Source of the DNA: Gammaproteobacteria bacterium
Lineage (GTDB): Bacteria > Pseudomonadota > Gammaproteobacteria > Ga0077536
Length of the DNA stretch: 64,000 nucleotides
Assembly (NCBI GenBank): GCA_016874535.1
Contig: VGUA01000004.1
Span: 249-64,248, forward strand
Direction of reading: 5' to 3'
This document shows, piece after piece, positions 8,064 to 16,652 of the stretch (positions within the stretch are counted from its first letter, which is position 1; the number at the start of each line of letters is the position of its first letter). The notes under the pieces are model-generated. The model did no database searches. It saw nothing but the letters and a program-made list of their open reading frames with translations, and had not been told where the DNA came from. A program made the position numbers and the translations under genes.

Positions 8064-8912
8064 ATGACCCAGCGCTCCATCGTCGAAATCATGCCCGCCG
8101 TGGATACCCAGGATGGCGCCGGGGTTCGGCTCCAGCGAGCTCTGGGCGCCCGACCCGGGGCGCGCCTCGATCCCTTGCTGATGCTCGATGCATTCTCGTC
8201 CGACAACCCGGATGACTACATCGCCGGGTTTCCGGCGCACCCGCATCGGGGTTTTGAAACTGTCACCTACATCCTCGACGGCCACATGCTGCACGAGGAT
8301 CATCTTGGCAATCGCGGTGATCTGGTCGCCGGTGGCGTGCAATGGATGACGGCGGGCCGAGGCATCATCCATTCCGAAATGCCGCAGCAGACCGAAGGGC
8401 GCCTGCGCGGCTTCCAGCTCTGGATCAACCTCCCGGCGCGGGAAAAGATGAAGCCGGCCGGATATCGCGACATTGCGCCGGAGGAAATCCCCTGCATCGA
8501 ACTCGCACAGGGTGGCCGGATCAAGGTGATTGCCGGACATCTGGAACTGCAAGACATGCGGGTGACCGGACCCATCGCGGGCGGCGCTACCGAGCCACTG
8601 TATCTCGATGTGAGCCTGCCTCCGCAGTCCGGACTGACCCTTCCCGTACCGGCCGGGCACAACCTTTTGATGTACGTTTTCGAGGGCAGTCTGCTGCTTG
8701 GAGATCGCACCGTTCCCACAGCCACGGCCGTGGTGCTGGGGGAGGGGGATGAAGTTGCGCTGCTGACCCGGGACAGCGCGGCGCGTTGCCTGCTTATCGG
8801 CGGCAAGCCTCTGCACGAACCGGTAGTGCAGTACGGACCATTCGTGATGAACACACGCCAAGAGCTCGAGCAGGCGGTGCATGATTACCAGACCGGCCGG
8901 CTCACCGCCTGA
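8064..8912 (+). CDS. pirin family protein (bicupin)
   Basis: FPAHPHRGFETVTYILDG..H.D.GN..L..G.VQWMTAGRGIIHSE is the classic pirin N-terminal cupin motif. 282 aa. Confidence 0.9.
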   Translation: MTQRSIVEIMPAVDTQDGAGVRLQRALGARPGARLDPLLMLDAFSSDNPDDYIAGFPAHPHRGFETVTYILDGHMLHEDHLGNRGDLVAGGVQWMTAGRGIIHSEMPQQTEGRLRGFQLWINLPAREKMKPAGYRDIAPEEIPCIELAQGGRIKVIAGHLELQDMRVTGPIAGGATEPLYLDVSLPPQSGLTLPVPAGHNLLMYVFEGSLLLGDRTVPTATAVVLGEGDEVALLTRDSAARCLLIGGKPLHEPVVQYGPFVMNTRQELEQAVHDYQTGRLTA

Positions 8913-8960
8913 GCCGAATCGATCCACCAGAAAAAAGAATCAGGAACGGGGGAGCACTTC

Positions 8961-9839
8961 ATGAGGTTGAAAGACAAGGTGGCCGTCATCACCGGAGGTG
9001 CCGGCGGCATGGGACTGTCGACGGTCATGCGCTTTCTGGCAGAAGGTGCACGTGTGGTGATTGCCGATTTCAATACCGCCAACGGCGAGGCGGCGCTGGC
9101 CCAGGCGCGCGAGCAAGGCTTGGGTGAGGCTGCCCGGTTCATCTGCACCGACGTTGCTCGAGAGGCGGACGTGAAAGCGATGATCGAATGTGCCATGGAT
9201 GAGTTCGGGCGACTGGACATCATTTTCAACAACGCCGGTGTGGGCGGCGCCATAGGCCCGGTATGGGAGCTCGAGGAAGAGGAGTGGGATTACACCTTCG
9301 ACGTGCTTGTGAAGGGCGTGTTCTTCGGGATCAAGCACGCCACCCGGGCGCTGCGCCAACAGCAGCAGGGCGGAGCGATCATCAACACAGCCTCCATCGC
9401 CGGAATTTCCGGCGGCTGCGGGCCGCTGGCCTATTCCGCAGCCAAGGCCGCGGTCATCAATCTCTCCAAGGCCGCAGCCGTGCAACTGGCGCCGGATCGC
9501 ATTCGCGTGAATGCCATCTGCCCGGGTTTTATCCTGACCGGGCTCACGCGTTCCGAGCGGCAAACCCTGGAGGAGGCCGGACGGCACCTCGACGGTATGC
9601 AGCCCTGGCCTGATCACGGCAAGGGCGACGATATCGCCGGGACTGCGCTGTTCCTCGCCAGCGACGATTCGCGCTTCGTCTCCGGGGAGGCCATCGTGGT
9701 GGACGGTGCCCTGACTGCCATCGGGCCTGATCTCTGGCAGCGTTTCGGGATACCGCGCGAGGCACAGATGGAGAAAGCGCGGCTCAATCGCGGCACCACC
9801 GGCGAAGGCAACCGTACCCGTACGCTCAAGGGGGAGTGA
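8961..9839 (+). CDS. SDR-family oxidoreductase
   Basis: TGGAGGMG Rossmann motif, NNAG, and the YSAAK catalytic YxxxK. Confidence 0.85.
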   Translation: MRLKDKVAVITGGAGGMGLSTVMRFLAEGARVVIADFNTANGEAALAQAREQGLGEAARFICTDVAREADVKAMIECAMDEFGRLDIIFNNAGVGGAIGPVWELEEEEWDYTFDVLVKGVFFGIKHATRALRQQQQGGAIINTASIAGISGGCGPLAYSAAKAAVINLSKAAAVQLAPDRIRVNAICPGFILTGLTRSERQTLEEAGRHLDGMQPWPDHGKGDDIAGTALFLASDDSRFVSGEAIVVDGALTAIGPDLWQRFGIPREAQMEKARLNRGTTGEGNRTRTLKGE

Positions 9840-9844
9840 GCATC

Positions 9845-10645
9845 ATGCAGTACAGCGATTTCCAGTTTCTCAAGTTCGATCACCCGGAGCCGGGCGTGCT
9901 CCTCATCACCATCAATCGGCCGGACGTCATGAATGCCACCAATGCACGCCTGCATTGGGAGCTCACCCGCATCTGGCCGGTGGTCAATGACGACCCCCTG
10001 GTGCGCGTGGTGGTGATCACCGGCGCCGGAGACAAGGCGTTCTCGGCAGGTGGCGATCTCGAATGGATAGAAGAGATGGTGGGTGATGCCGCCAAGATTG
10101 CCAACACCATGCAGGAGGCGGCCGACATCGTGTACCGCATGCTCGATTGCGACAAACCGATAGTCTCAGCCATCAATGGCGTCGCGGTGGGGGCTGGTCT
10201 CGCGGTGGCCATGCTGGCCGACATCAGCATCATGTCCGAATCAGCCCGCATCACCGATGGCCATGTGCGTCTTGGCGTGGCGGCAGGTGATCACGCTGTC
10301 ATCCTGTGGCCGCTGCTGTGCGGCATGGCCAAGGCCAAGTACTACCTGATGACGGCGGATTTCGTGGATGGCAAGGAGGCCGAGCGCATCGGATTGGTGA
10401 GCTTCAGCGCGCCAGCCGAAGAAGTGCTGCCGCGCGCGCTCAAGGTGGCACACAAACTTGCGACCGGCAGCCAGCAGGCCATTCGCTTCACCAAGAAATC
10501 CCTCAACAACTGGCTGCGGATGGCCGGGCCGGCCTTCGACAATTCACTCGCGATGGAGATGCTTTGCTTCCTGGGCGAAGACGCCAAGGAGGGCGTGGCC
10601 GCCGTGAAGGAAAAGCGCGCACCGAATTTTCCGTCGGCGCGTTGA
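9845..10645 (+). CDS. enoyl-CoA hydratase/isomerase (crotonase) family protein
   Basis: VVITGAGDKAFSAGGDL and the INGVAVGAGLAVAM oxyanion-hole segments. GGGGAG sits 9 nt before ATG 9845. An alternative GTG at 9836 overlaps the SDR stop. Confidence 0.85.
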   Translation: MQYSDFQFLKFDHPEPGVLLITINRPDVMNATNARLHWELTRIWPVVNDDPLVRVVVITGAGDKAFSAGGDLEWIEEMVGDAAKIANTMQEAADIVYRMLDCDKPIVSAINGVAVGAGLAVAMLADISIMSESARITDGHVRLGVAAGDHAVILWPLLCGMAKAKYYLMTADFVDGKEAERIGLVSFSAPAEEVLPRALKVAHKLATGSQQAIRFTKKSLNNWLRMAGPAFDNSLAMEMLCFLGEDAKEGVAAVKEKRAPNFPSAR

Positions 10646-10650
10646 GCGCC

Positions 10651-11520
10651 TCAGTCAGTTTTCTTCAGGTTGAGCAGCTGTCGCATCACGGAGGGTGATG
10701 CGACAGTCCCGCCGGCCGTCTCCACCGCACGGGCCGCCCTTTCCACCCACTGCACATTGTCGAGCGTGCTGCCGAGAGGGGCATCCTCCAGCCCCACACG
10801 CAGATGTCCGCCCCGCGTGACTGTATGGGCGATGAGGGGCGTGATGTCCACGCCAAGGCCGGAGACCATCCACGGTGCCGAAGGCGCACAATCCGCCTTG
10901 AGCTTCAGCAAGGCATCGAGCGCATAGGGCTCGGGCGGAAAGCCGAACAGGAAATCACTGCTGAACATGAAGCGGTAAAGAGGCTCGGGTGCTCCCTGCA
11001 CCTTGCGGTGAAGCGCTGCGCCTGCGCGCAGGAAGCCCGCTTCATAAATCGCATAGGCCGGTTTGAAGCGATGTTCGGCCGCAAGTGCAAGGCCATGCAG
11101 GATGTCCTCCTCGGGATTGGCGTAGACAAAGCCGGGCTCGCCATTCGCCAGCGTGAAATTCACGGAACCGGGGTCCACTGCGGCAAGATCGATCAGGCCG
11201 CGTGCCGCCAGTTGCGCCGTGGCGGAATAACGGCCGGTGGCGTTGCGTTGGACATCGCCTTCTTCTCCCAGTGGGATGGTGGGATAGACAGGCACATCGA
11301 CTCTCGCCCGGATGCCTTCGATGATGCGCGCGTAGATTTCCCAGTCATCGCATTGCACGCCCCGCGCTTCATCATAGGGGTGCACATGCAGGATGCTCGC
11401 CCCTGCAGCGACACAGGCGAGGCCACTGGCGATGCACTCGCTCACGCTGATGGGGATGAGCGGCTGTCGTTTGCGCGTCCAGGGGCCGTTGATCGCGCAT
11501 TCGATGATGGTGGCGGTCAT
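10651..11520 (-). CDS. beta-keto acid cleavage enzyme family (BKACE / DUF849, 3-keto-5-aminohexanoate cleavage-like)
   Basis: From the internal ATG 11520: MTATIIECAINGPWTRK..ISVSECI..AGASILHVHPYD, a TIM-barrel BKACE-like N-terminus. The upstream 42 codons of the track ORF are R/G/S-rich and overlap the preceding gene. Confidence 0.7.
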   Translation of the reverse strand: MTATIIECAINGPWTRKRQPLIPISVSECIASGLACVAAGASILHVHPYDEARGVQCDDWEIYARIIEGIRARVDVPVYPTIPLGEEGDVQRNATGRYSATAQLAARGLIDLAAVDPGSVNFTLANGEPGFVYANPEEDILHGLALAAEHRFKPAYAIYEAGFLRAGAALHRKVQGAPEPLYRFMFSSDFLFGFPPEPYALDALLKLKADCAPSAPWMVSGLGVDITPLIAHTVTRGGHLRVGLEDAPLGSTLDNVQWVERAARAVETAGGTVASPSVMRQLLNLKKTD

Positions 11521-11837
11521 TGGGCGGCGTCGGCTTCCGCTTCTGCCTTGCGGGCGCGATCGCGAATCTTGCGCTCTTCCATCATCAGCGTGTTTTCCGC
11601 TTCCTGCATGCAGTACTGGCGATTGCGTCCCGCCTCGCCGCGGCACTGCTCCATGCGGGTCTCATACTTGGCGCGTGCCGACTGCATCTGCGTCTCCGAG
11701 ACGCTCTTGGGCGCCTCCAGACGCTCCACTTTCACGCGATTCTTGCCGTACTGGCGCGCGAAAGATTCATCTAGGGCCGGGGCCACCTGGCAAGCCAGGA
11801 GGCTGGTGAGACTCAGTATCAGCGGGGTTGCACGCAT
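11517..11837 (-). CDS. small secreted coiled-coil protein with C-x10-C motif (hypothetical, paralogue of 12733-13095)
   Basis: Signal peptide MRATPLILSLTSLLACQVAPA. The mature part is charged and helical, with QCRGEAGRNRQYC. The stop overlaps the BKACE start (CAATGACC). Confidence 0.6.
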   Translation of the reverse strand: MRATPLILSLTSLLACQVAPALDESFARQYGKNRVKVERLEAPKSVSETQMQSARAKYETRMEQCRGEAGRNRQYCMQEAENTLMMEERKIRDRARKAEAEADAAQ

Positions 11838-11985
11838 GGTGGGGGGATCTTGTGGGGCACCAGAGGAACAGGAGCCCAAGATAGCGCACCCCAGAAGGGC
11901 GGGCCAAGGGCGTTACCGTGTGTGATAAGGTCGTCAACAGGCTTTCAATCATGAGGTCGGACGCGCGCAATCGGTCCGGGCCAGC

Positions 11986-12723
11986 ATGGGCGCAGCGCAC
12001 AGCAAGCCCTTCAAACAGTCTTTCCTCCGGCAGCCCACCCTGAAACCGGTCGCCCTGATCGTGGCGCTGTGTCTGGCCCTGCCCTTCATTGACGGAGCGG
12101 AAGCCGAAACCTGGCGCTGGCGTGACGCGGAGGGGAACCTCAACTTCGGAGACACCCCACCTGAGGGGGTGGCGGCCGAGACTGTAAGGGTGACGCCAAC
12201 CCGGCCAAAACTCTCACCGCAGGAGGCGGATGCAGCCGTCAGACACCTGCGCGAAGAAGCGCAAGTGCAGAGCCGGGAAGCCGAGGCGGGCCGGCGCGCC
12301 GCTGCGCAACGCGCTGCAGCTGATTCAGAGGCCGCGCAACGCACCTCGGATCGCTGCGAAGAGGCGAAACGCGCGCTGACCATGCTGAGGATGGAGCGCC
12401 CGGTCTATGAAGATGATCAGGGGGGCTATCGGATCAAGCGCCCGCCGGGTCAGGGTGATTCCTACACTGGTGGGCGACACTATCTGGATGACGCCTCACG
12501 GGCCGCTGCCATCGAGGCGCAGGAGGCGATCATTGCCGAAACCTGCAAGGTTCCCTGGAGCGGCGCCGAAGAGTTGCGCGTCGCCGACGCATTGCGTGAG
12601 CGGGAGGCCTGCGAGAATGCGGCAGCGGAGCTTGCCGAGGGGGATGCGGAGGGTTTGCGCCTCGCCCCCGAGGACCGGGCGCGATTGGAACGCTTCCTGC
12701 GCGAGGAATGCGGCCCGCCCTGA
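11986..12723 (+). CDS. DUF4124 domain-containing periplasmic protein
   Basis: Signal and TM region VALIVALCLALPFIDGAEA followed by TWRWRDAEGNLNFGDTPP (the DUF4124 hallmark Y/W-x-W-x-D-x-x-G-x-x-x-F/Y-x-D-x-P-P). Ala/Glu/Arg-rich C-terminal half with conserved cysteines. Confidence 0.75.
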   Translation: MGAAHSKPFKQSFLRQPTLKPVALIVALCLALPFIDGAEAETWRWRDAEGNLNFGDTPPEGVAAETVRVTPTRPKLSPQEADAAVRHLREEAQVQSREAEAGRRAAAQRAAADSEAAQRTSDRCEEAKRALTMLRMERPVYEDDQGGYRIKRPPGQGDSYTGGRHYLDDASRAAAIEAQEAIIAETCKVPWSGAEELRVADALREREACENAAAELAEGDAEGLRLAPEDRARLERFLREECGPP

Positions 12724-12732
12724 GAACCAGGC

Positions 12733-13095
12733 TCAGCGCCGGCCAAAACCCTTGGATTCGTTGCGCGAGACTTCGGCGTCTTCCAGTTGCCCTTCGAATT
12801 CCTGTTCAAGCTGGCGCCGCGCCTTGCGGTAGAGCTCTTCCGCGTATTTGGTGCAGTAGCGCTGCCCGCCGGATTTGGACCGGCAGCGATTCATGCCGGC
12901 ATCGCGCTGCGCTTCCAGCAGTTTCAGCTTGGCCTCGAACTGGCTTTGCGGAGTCTCCATGGTCTGGGTTGCGCTGCCCCCATCGCCCCAGGCGGCATCC
13001 AGCTCGGCATCGAGGGCTGCATCCGCCCTCGCGGCGTGTGCACTTCCCAGCAGGACCACCATCAGAGCCACAAACGGAAGTCGTGCGCGCAACAC
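12733..13095 (-). CDS. small secreted coiled-coil protein with C-x9-C motif (hypothetical, paralogue of 11517-11837)
   Basis: AGGAGA sits 6 nt before GTG 13095. Signal peptide (M)LRARLPFVALMVVLLGSAHA. The mature part contains RCRSKSGGQRYC and ET.Q...AK similarity to the other copy. Confidence 0.6.
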   Translation of the reverse strand: MLRARLPFVALMVVLLGSAHAARADAALDAELDAAWGDGGSATQTMETPQSQFEAKLKLLEAQRDAGMNRCRSKSGGQRYCTKYAEELYRKARRQLEQEFEGQLEDAEVSRNESKGFGRR

Positions 13096-13223
13096 CGGGA
13101 TTCTCCTCGATACAGCCAAGGTGGGTGGTGCGTGCTCTCAGGCACGCCCGGTCGCGAATTTTGACACCGGTTCCAGTATTCTGTCGCCTTTCGCCGGCAC
13201 AACGGTAACGGGTGGCAGCACGC

Positions 13224-14429
13224 ATGCAGTTCCAGGATTTCCCCACACACGCGTTGATGAATATCACGGCCAGACCCGCGGCGGTCTTCACCCATGGTGA
13301 AGGTTCGTGGCTCTGGGACCATACCGGGAAGCGTTACCTGGACTTCGTGCAGGGCTGGGCAGTCAACGCCCTCGGCCACTCCCCGCCCTGCATCATCGAG
13401 GCCTTGGCCGACCAGGCGCCTCGCCTCATCACGCCAAGCCCGGCGTTCTACAACGAGACTTCACTGGCGCTCGCCGAGCAGCTGACGCGCAATTCCTGCC
13501 TTGATCAGGTGTTCTTCGCCAATTCCGGCGCGGAGGCAAACGAAGGTGCGATCAAGCTCGCGCGCAAGTGGGGTCGGGTGCGCAAGGGTGGGGCATACGA
13601 AATCATCACCTTCATCAACAGCTTCCACGGACGTACCCTCGCCACCATGTCGGCCTCCGGCAAGCCCGGCTGGGACACCATGTTCGCGCCACAGGTCCCC
13701 GGTTTCCCCAAGGCAGTGCTTAACGACGCCGATTCGGTGGCAGCCCTCATCACGGACAAGACCGTCGCCATCATGCTGGAGCCCGTGCAAGGGGAGGGTG
13801 GCGTGAACGCAGCCACCCCTGAATTCATGCGCACGCTGCGCGAGCTCGCAGATCATCACGGCCTCCTGCTCATCTGCGATGAAGTGCAGACCGGCATGGG
13901 CCGGCTCGGGACGCTGTTCGGCTATCAGCAGTTTGGCGTGGAGCCGGACATCATGACCCTTGGCAAGGGCATCGGTGGGGGTGTTCCCTTGGCAGCGCTG
14001 TTGGCGAAAGAGGACGCCTGTGTGTTCGAACATGGCGATCAGGGTGGCACCTACAATGGCAATCCACTGATGGCGGCTGTCGGCCTCGCGGTGCTTGGCG
14101 AGATGCTGAAACCCGATTTTCTGCCGTCGGTGCAGGCTGCGGGCGAGTACCTTTCGCAAAAGCTCACCGCGCTGTCCGCGGCGCATGGCCTGGGCGCGGA
14201 ACGCGGCCTCGGCCTGCTGCGGGCGCTGGAACTGGGCGCCGAACGCGGTGCCGCCATCGTGACACATGCCCGCGATGCGCTGGCCGGTGCTCCCGGCTGG
14301 GAAAACGCCGGTTTGCTGCTCAATTCCCCCCGCCCATCGCTGCTGCGCTTCATGCCGGCATTGACGGTGACCCATGGCGAGATCGATCGCATGATCGACG
14401 GTCTGGACCAGACGCTGCGAGCGACCTGA
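13224..14429 (+). CDS. argD: acetylornithine/succinylornithine-type class III aminotransferase
   Basis: [56 protein letters not shown] and TLGKGIGGG (PLP lysine). The start could also be 13212 (GTG) or 13257. Confidence 0.85.
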   Translation: MQFQDFPTHALMNITARPAAVFTHGEGSWLWDHTGKRYLDFVQGWAVNALGHSPPCIIEALADQAPRLITPSPAFYNETSLALAEQLTRNSCLDQVFFANSGAEANEGAIKLARKWGRVRKGGAYEIITFINSFHGRTLATMSASGKPGWDTMFAPQVPGFPKAVLNDADSVAALITDKTVAIMLEPVQGEGGVNAATPEFMRTLRELADHHGLLLICDEVQTGMGRLGTLFGYQQFGVEPDIMTLGKGIGGGVPLAALLAKEDACVFEHGDQGGTYNGNPLMAAVGLAVLGEMLKPDFLPSVQAAGEYLSQKLTALSAAHGLGAERGLGLLRALELGAERGAAIVTHARDALAGAPGWENAGLLLNSPRPSLLRFMPALTVTHGEIDRMIDGLDQTLRAT

Positions 14430-14432
14430 GCC

Positions 14433-14675
14433 ATGCCACGGCCTGCCCGTACTGTTCCGCCCGTCCCGATCCTGCTTCTGCTCCTGTGCCTGTGCGCCGC
14501 CGGTGCCGGCGCGCAGGCGGAGGACGAGCAGGCGCCGGAGGAGCGCGAGTCACCGAATCTGCGCGAACCCCTGCCCGCGCTGGTGCCACCGACAGCCGCG
14601 GAAGAAGCGGCGGTCTTCAGTACCGAGATTCCGCCGCCGCCTCCTTTCGAACCTGCGCCGGACAGTGCCCGCTGA
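14433..14675 (+). CDS. hypothetical small proline/glutamate-rich secreted protein
   Basis: ATG lies 3 nt after the argD stop. Signal-like VPILLLLLCLCAAGAGA-QAED, then a P/E/A-rich low-complexity region. It may be a GC-driven artefact. Confidence 0.35.
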   Translation: MPRPARTVPPVPILLLLLCLCAAGAGAQAEDEQAPEERESPNLREPLPALVPPTAAEEAAVFSTEIPPPPPFEPAPDSAR

Positions 14676-15693
14676 GACTCGCGCGGAGGACGCATCCAGC
14701 CTCTGCGCCGATACCCTGCTGGCCTCGGCCGTCGCGCAATTGGTGGCGGGCGAACTGGTAGCCTTCCCTACGGAGACGGTCTACGGCCTGGGAGCCGATG
14801 CCGGAAATCCCGCCGCCGTGGCGCGCATCTTTGCGCGCAAGGGCAGGCCACTTGATCACCCGGTGATCGTGCATGTGGCGAGCGCGTCGGCGCTTTCGCA
14901 TTGGGCGCTGGAAATTCCGCCGGCGGCCGAGCTGCTGGCCCGCGCATTCTGGCCGGGTCCACTCACCCTCATCCTGCGGCGGGCGAATGGCGTGAGTGAT
15001 GCGGTGACCGGAGGGCAGGACACGGTGGGGGTGCGCTGTCCCTCGCACCCGCTGGCGCAGGCGCTCCTGCGTGCCTGCGAACAGGCGGGAATCCACGGAC
15101 TCGCTGCGCCGTCCGCCAACCGTTTCGGTCACGTGAGTCCGACCACCGCAGACCACGTGCGCGCCGAGTTTGGTGCCGAGCTTTTCATTCTGGATGGGGG
15201 ACCTGCGGAGGTGGGCATCGAGTCGACGATCGTCGATGTGACCGGCGCTGCACCGCGCATCCTGCGACCAGGCATGATTACCGAGGCCCAGTTGACCGCT
15301 GTTCTTGGCCGCTCTCTCGAATGCAGCGCCGAAACGTCCCGGCCCCGGGTATCGGGTTCCCTCGCCGCACATTACGCCCCGCGCACACCGCTGGAGCTCG
15401 TGCCTGCCCCGGAACTGCCGGGGCGCCTGTCCGAACTGTGTGGACGCAGCACGCGGGTGGTTCTGTTGTCTTGCGAGTTGCCGCCGGCCGTGGCTCCATC
15501 CGAAGTGATCTGGCTGCCCATGCCCTCGCTGCCTGAGGACTATGCGCGAGTCCTGTACGCACGCCTGCGCGAGGCGGATGCGGCTGAACGGGATCTCGTA
15601 CTGGTGGAAGCCCCACCTGGGGATTCGGCGTGGGAGGCGCTGCGAGATCGACTGGGACGGGCGGCTGTGGGTTCAGGAAGCCCCGCTCCTTGA
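14665..15693 (+). CDS. tsaC: L-threonylcarbamoyladenylate synthase, long Sua5-type (YrdC domain plus Sua5 C-terminal domain)
   Basis: VAFPTETVYGLGADA, ARIFARKGRPLDHPVIVHV and APSANRFGHVSPTTA motifs. There is no in-frame ATG near the domain start, so in-frame GTG 14665 was chosen. The track start at 14503 adds an R-rich extension. Confidence 0.8.
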   Translation: MPAETRAEDASSLCADTLLASAVAQLVAGELVAFPTETVYGLGADAGNPAAVARIFARKGRPLDHPVIVHVASASALSHWALEIPPAAELLARAFWPGPLTLILRRANGVSDAVTGGQDTVGVRCPSHPLAQALLRACEQAGIHGLAAPSANRFGHVSPTTADHVRAEFGAELFILDGGPAEVGIESTIVDVTGAAPRILRPGMITEAQLTAVLGRSLECSAETSRPRVSGSLAAHYAPRTPLELVPAPELPGRLSELCGRSTRVVLLSCELPPAVAPSEVIWLPMPSLPEDYARVLYARLREADAAERDLVLVEAPPGDSAWEALRDRLGRAAVGSGSPAP

Positions 15694-15787
15694 AAAACCG
15701 CTGCGCGACTCCATTACCAACAACGCCATCCGTCCGCAGCCTCGTGCGTGGGGATACCTCGCGACCTCATTCCAGGATTCCGATGCC

Positions 15788-16648
15788 ATGAGCAATCACC
15801 CCGATCTGTATTCCGTCACCAGTGCCGATTTTGCGAGCCGCGTGCTCGATGTCTCCCATACGCGTCCGGTGCTGGTGGACTTCTGGGCCGCCTGGTGTGG
15901 TCCCTGCAGATCGATCGCGCCCTTGCTCGAACAGCTGGTGACGCAGTTCGACGGCAAGCTCTCGGTCGCCAAAGTCGATACCGATGCGGAAGCTGAACTC
16001 GCCGGACGTTATGGCGTGCGCAGCCTGCCGACGCTGGCGGTGTTCCGCAATGGCGCTCTGGCAGAGCAGGTGGTCGGCGCCCAGCCTCTGCAGGCTCTCG
16101 TTGCACTGGTCTCACGCCACCTGGTGCGCGAATCCGATCTCATGGCCGAGGCGGCGCGCGTGGCGCTGGCGGCAGGCAACAGGGATGAGGCCATGCGGCT
16201 GTTGGCCGAGGCAGTCGCGGCCGATCCCGAGCACTATGTGCTCTACCCCGAATACGCCGCCTGCCTCATCGACAGTGGCGCGCTGGATGAGGCGGCTGCC
16301 GTTCTCGATCGCGTGCCAACACGTGTCGCCACTGACGCATTGTCACATCAGCAGGCGCGCCTGCGTTTTGCCCGCCTCGCAAGCGGTGGTGCGGATTCGG
16401 CCACGCTCGCGGCACGCATCGCATCGGGCGCAACCGACAGTGATACCCGCTTCCACTGGGCGGTGAAGCAGATGATGGCAGGGGATTATGCAGGCGGACT
16501 GGAGACCCTGCTGCAGGTGGTGCGCAGCGATCGCGCATATGGGGAAGATGCCGCACGCAAGCTCATGCTGGATGTGTTTTCCCTGCTGCCCGCAGGCGAT
16601 CCGCTTATTCGTGAGTATCGAACCCAGTTGGCGCGCGCGCTGAACTGA
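15788..16648 (+). CDS. ybbN: thioredoxin-domain protein with C-terminal TPR region (YbbN/CnoX-like, but with intact WCGPC)
   Basis: From ATG 15788: PVLVDFWAAWCGPCRSIAPLLE, then TPR-like helical repeats to the C-terminus. Confidence 0.8.
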   Translation: MSNHPDLYSVTSADFASRVLDVSHTRPVLVDFWAAWCGPCRSIAPLLEQLVTQFDGKLSVAKVDTDAEAELAGRYGVRSLPTLAVFRNGALAEQVVGAQPLQALVALVSRHLVRESDLMAEAARVALAAGNRDEAMRLLAEAVAADPEHYVLYPEYAACLIDSGALDEAAAVLDRVPTRVATDALSHQQARLRFARLASGGADSATLAARIASGATDSDTRFHWAVKQMMAGDYAGGLETLLQVVRSDRAYGEDAARKLMLDVFSLLPAGDPLIREYRTQLARALN

Positions 16649-16652
16649 AGCC

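Noticed and set aside
14503-14664. A long N-terminal extension of the tsaC ORF, as given in the track (396 aa).
   Set aside because: The extension is Arg/Ser/Pro-rich and has no similarity to YrdC/Sua5 N-termini. It also overlaps the better-looking 14433-14675 ORF, so in-frame GTG 14665 is preferred.
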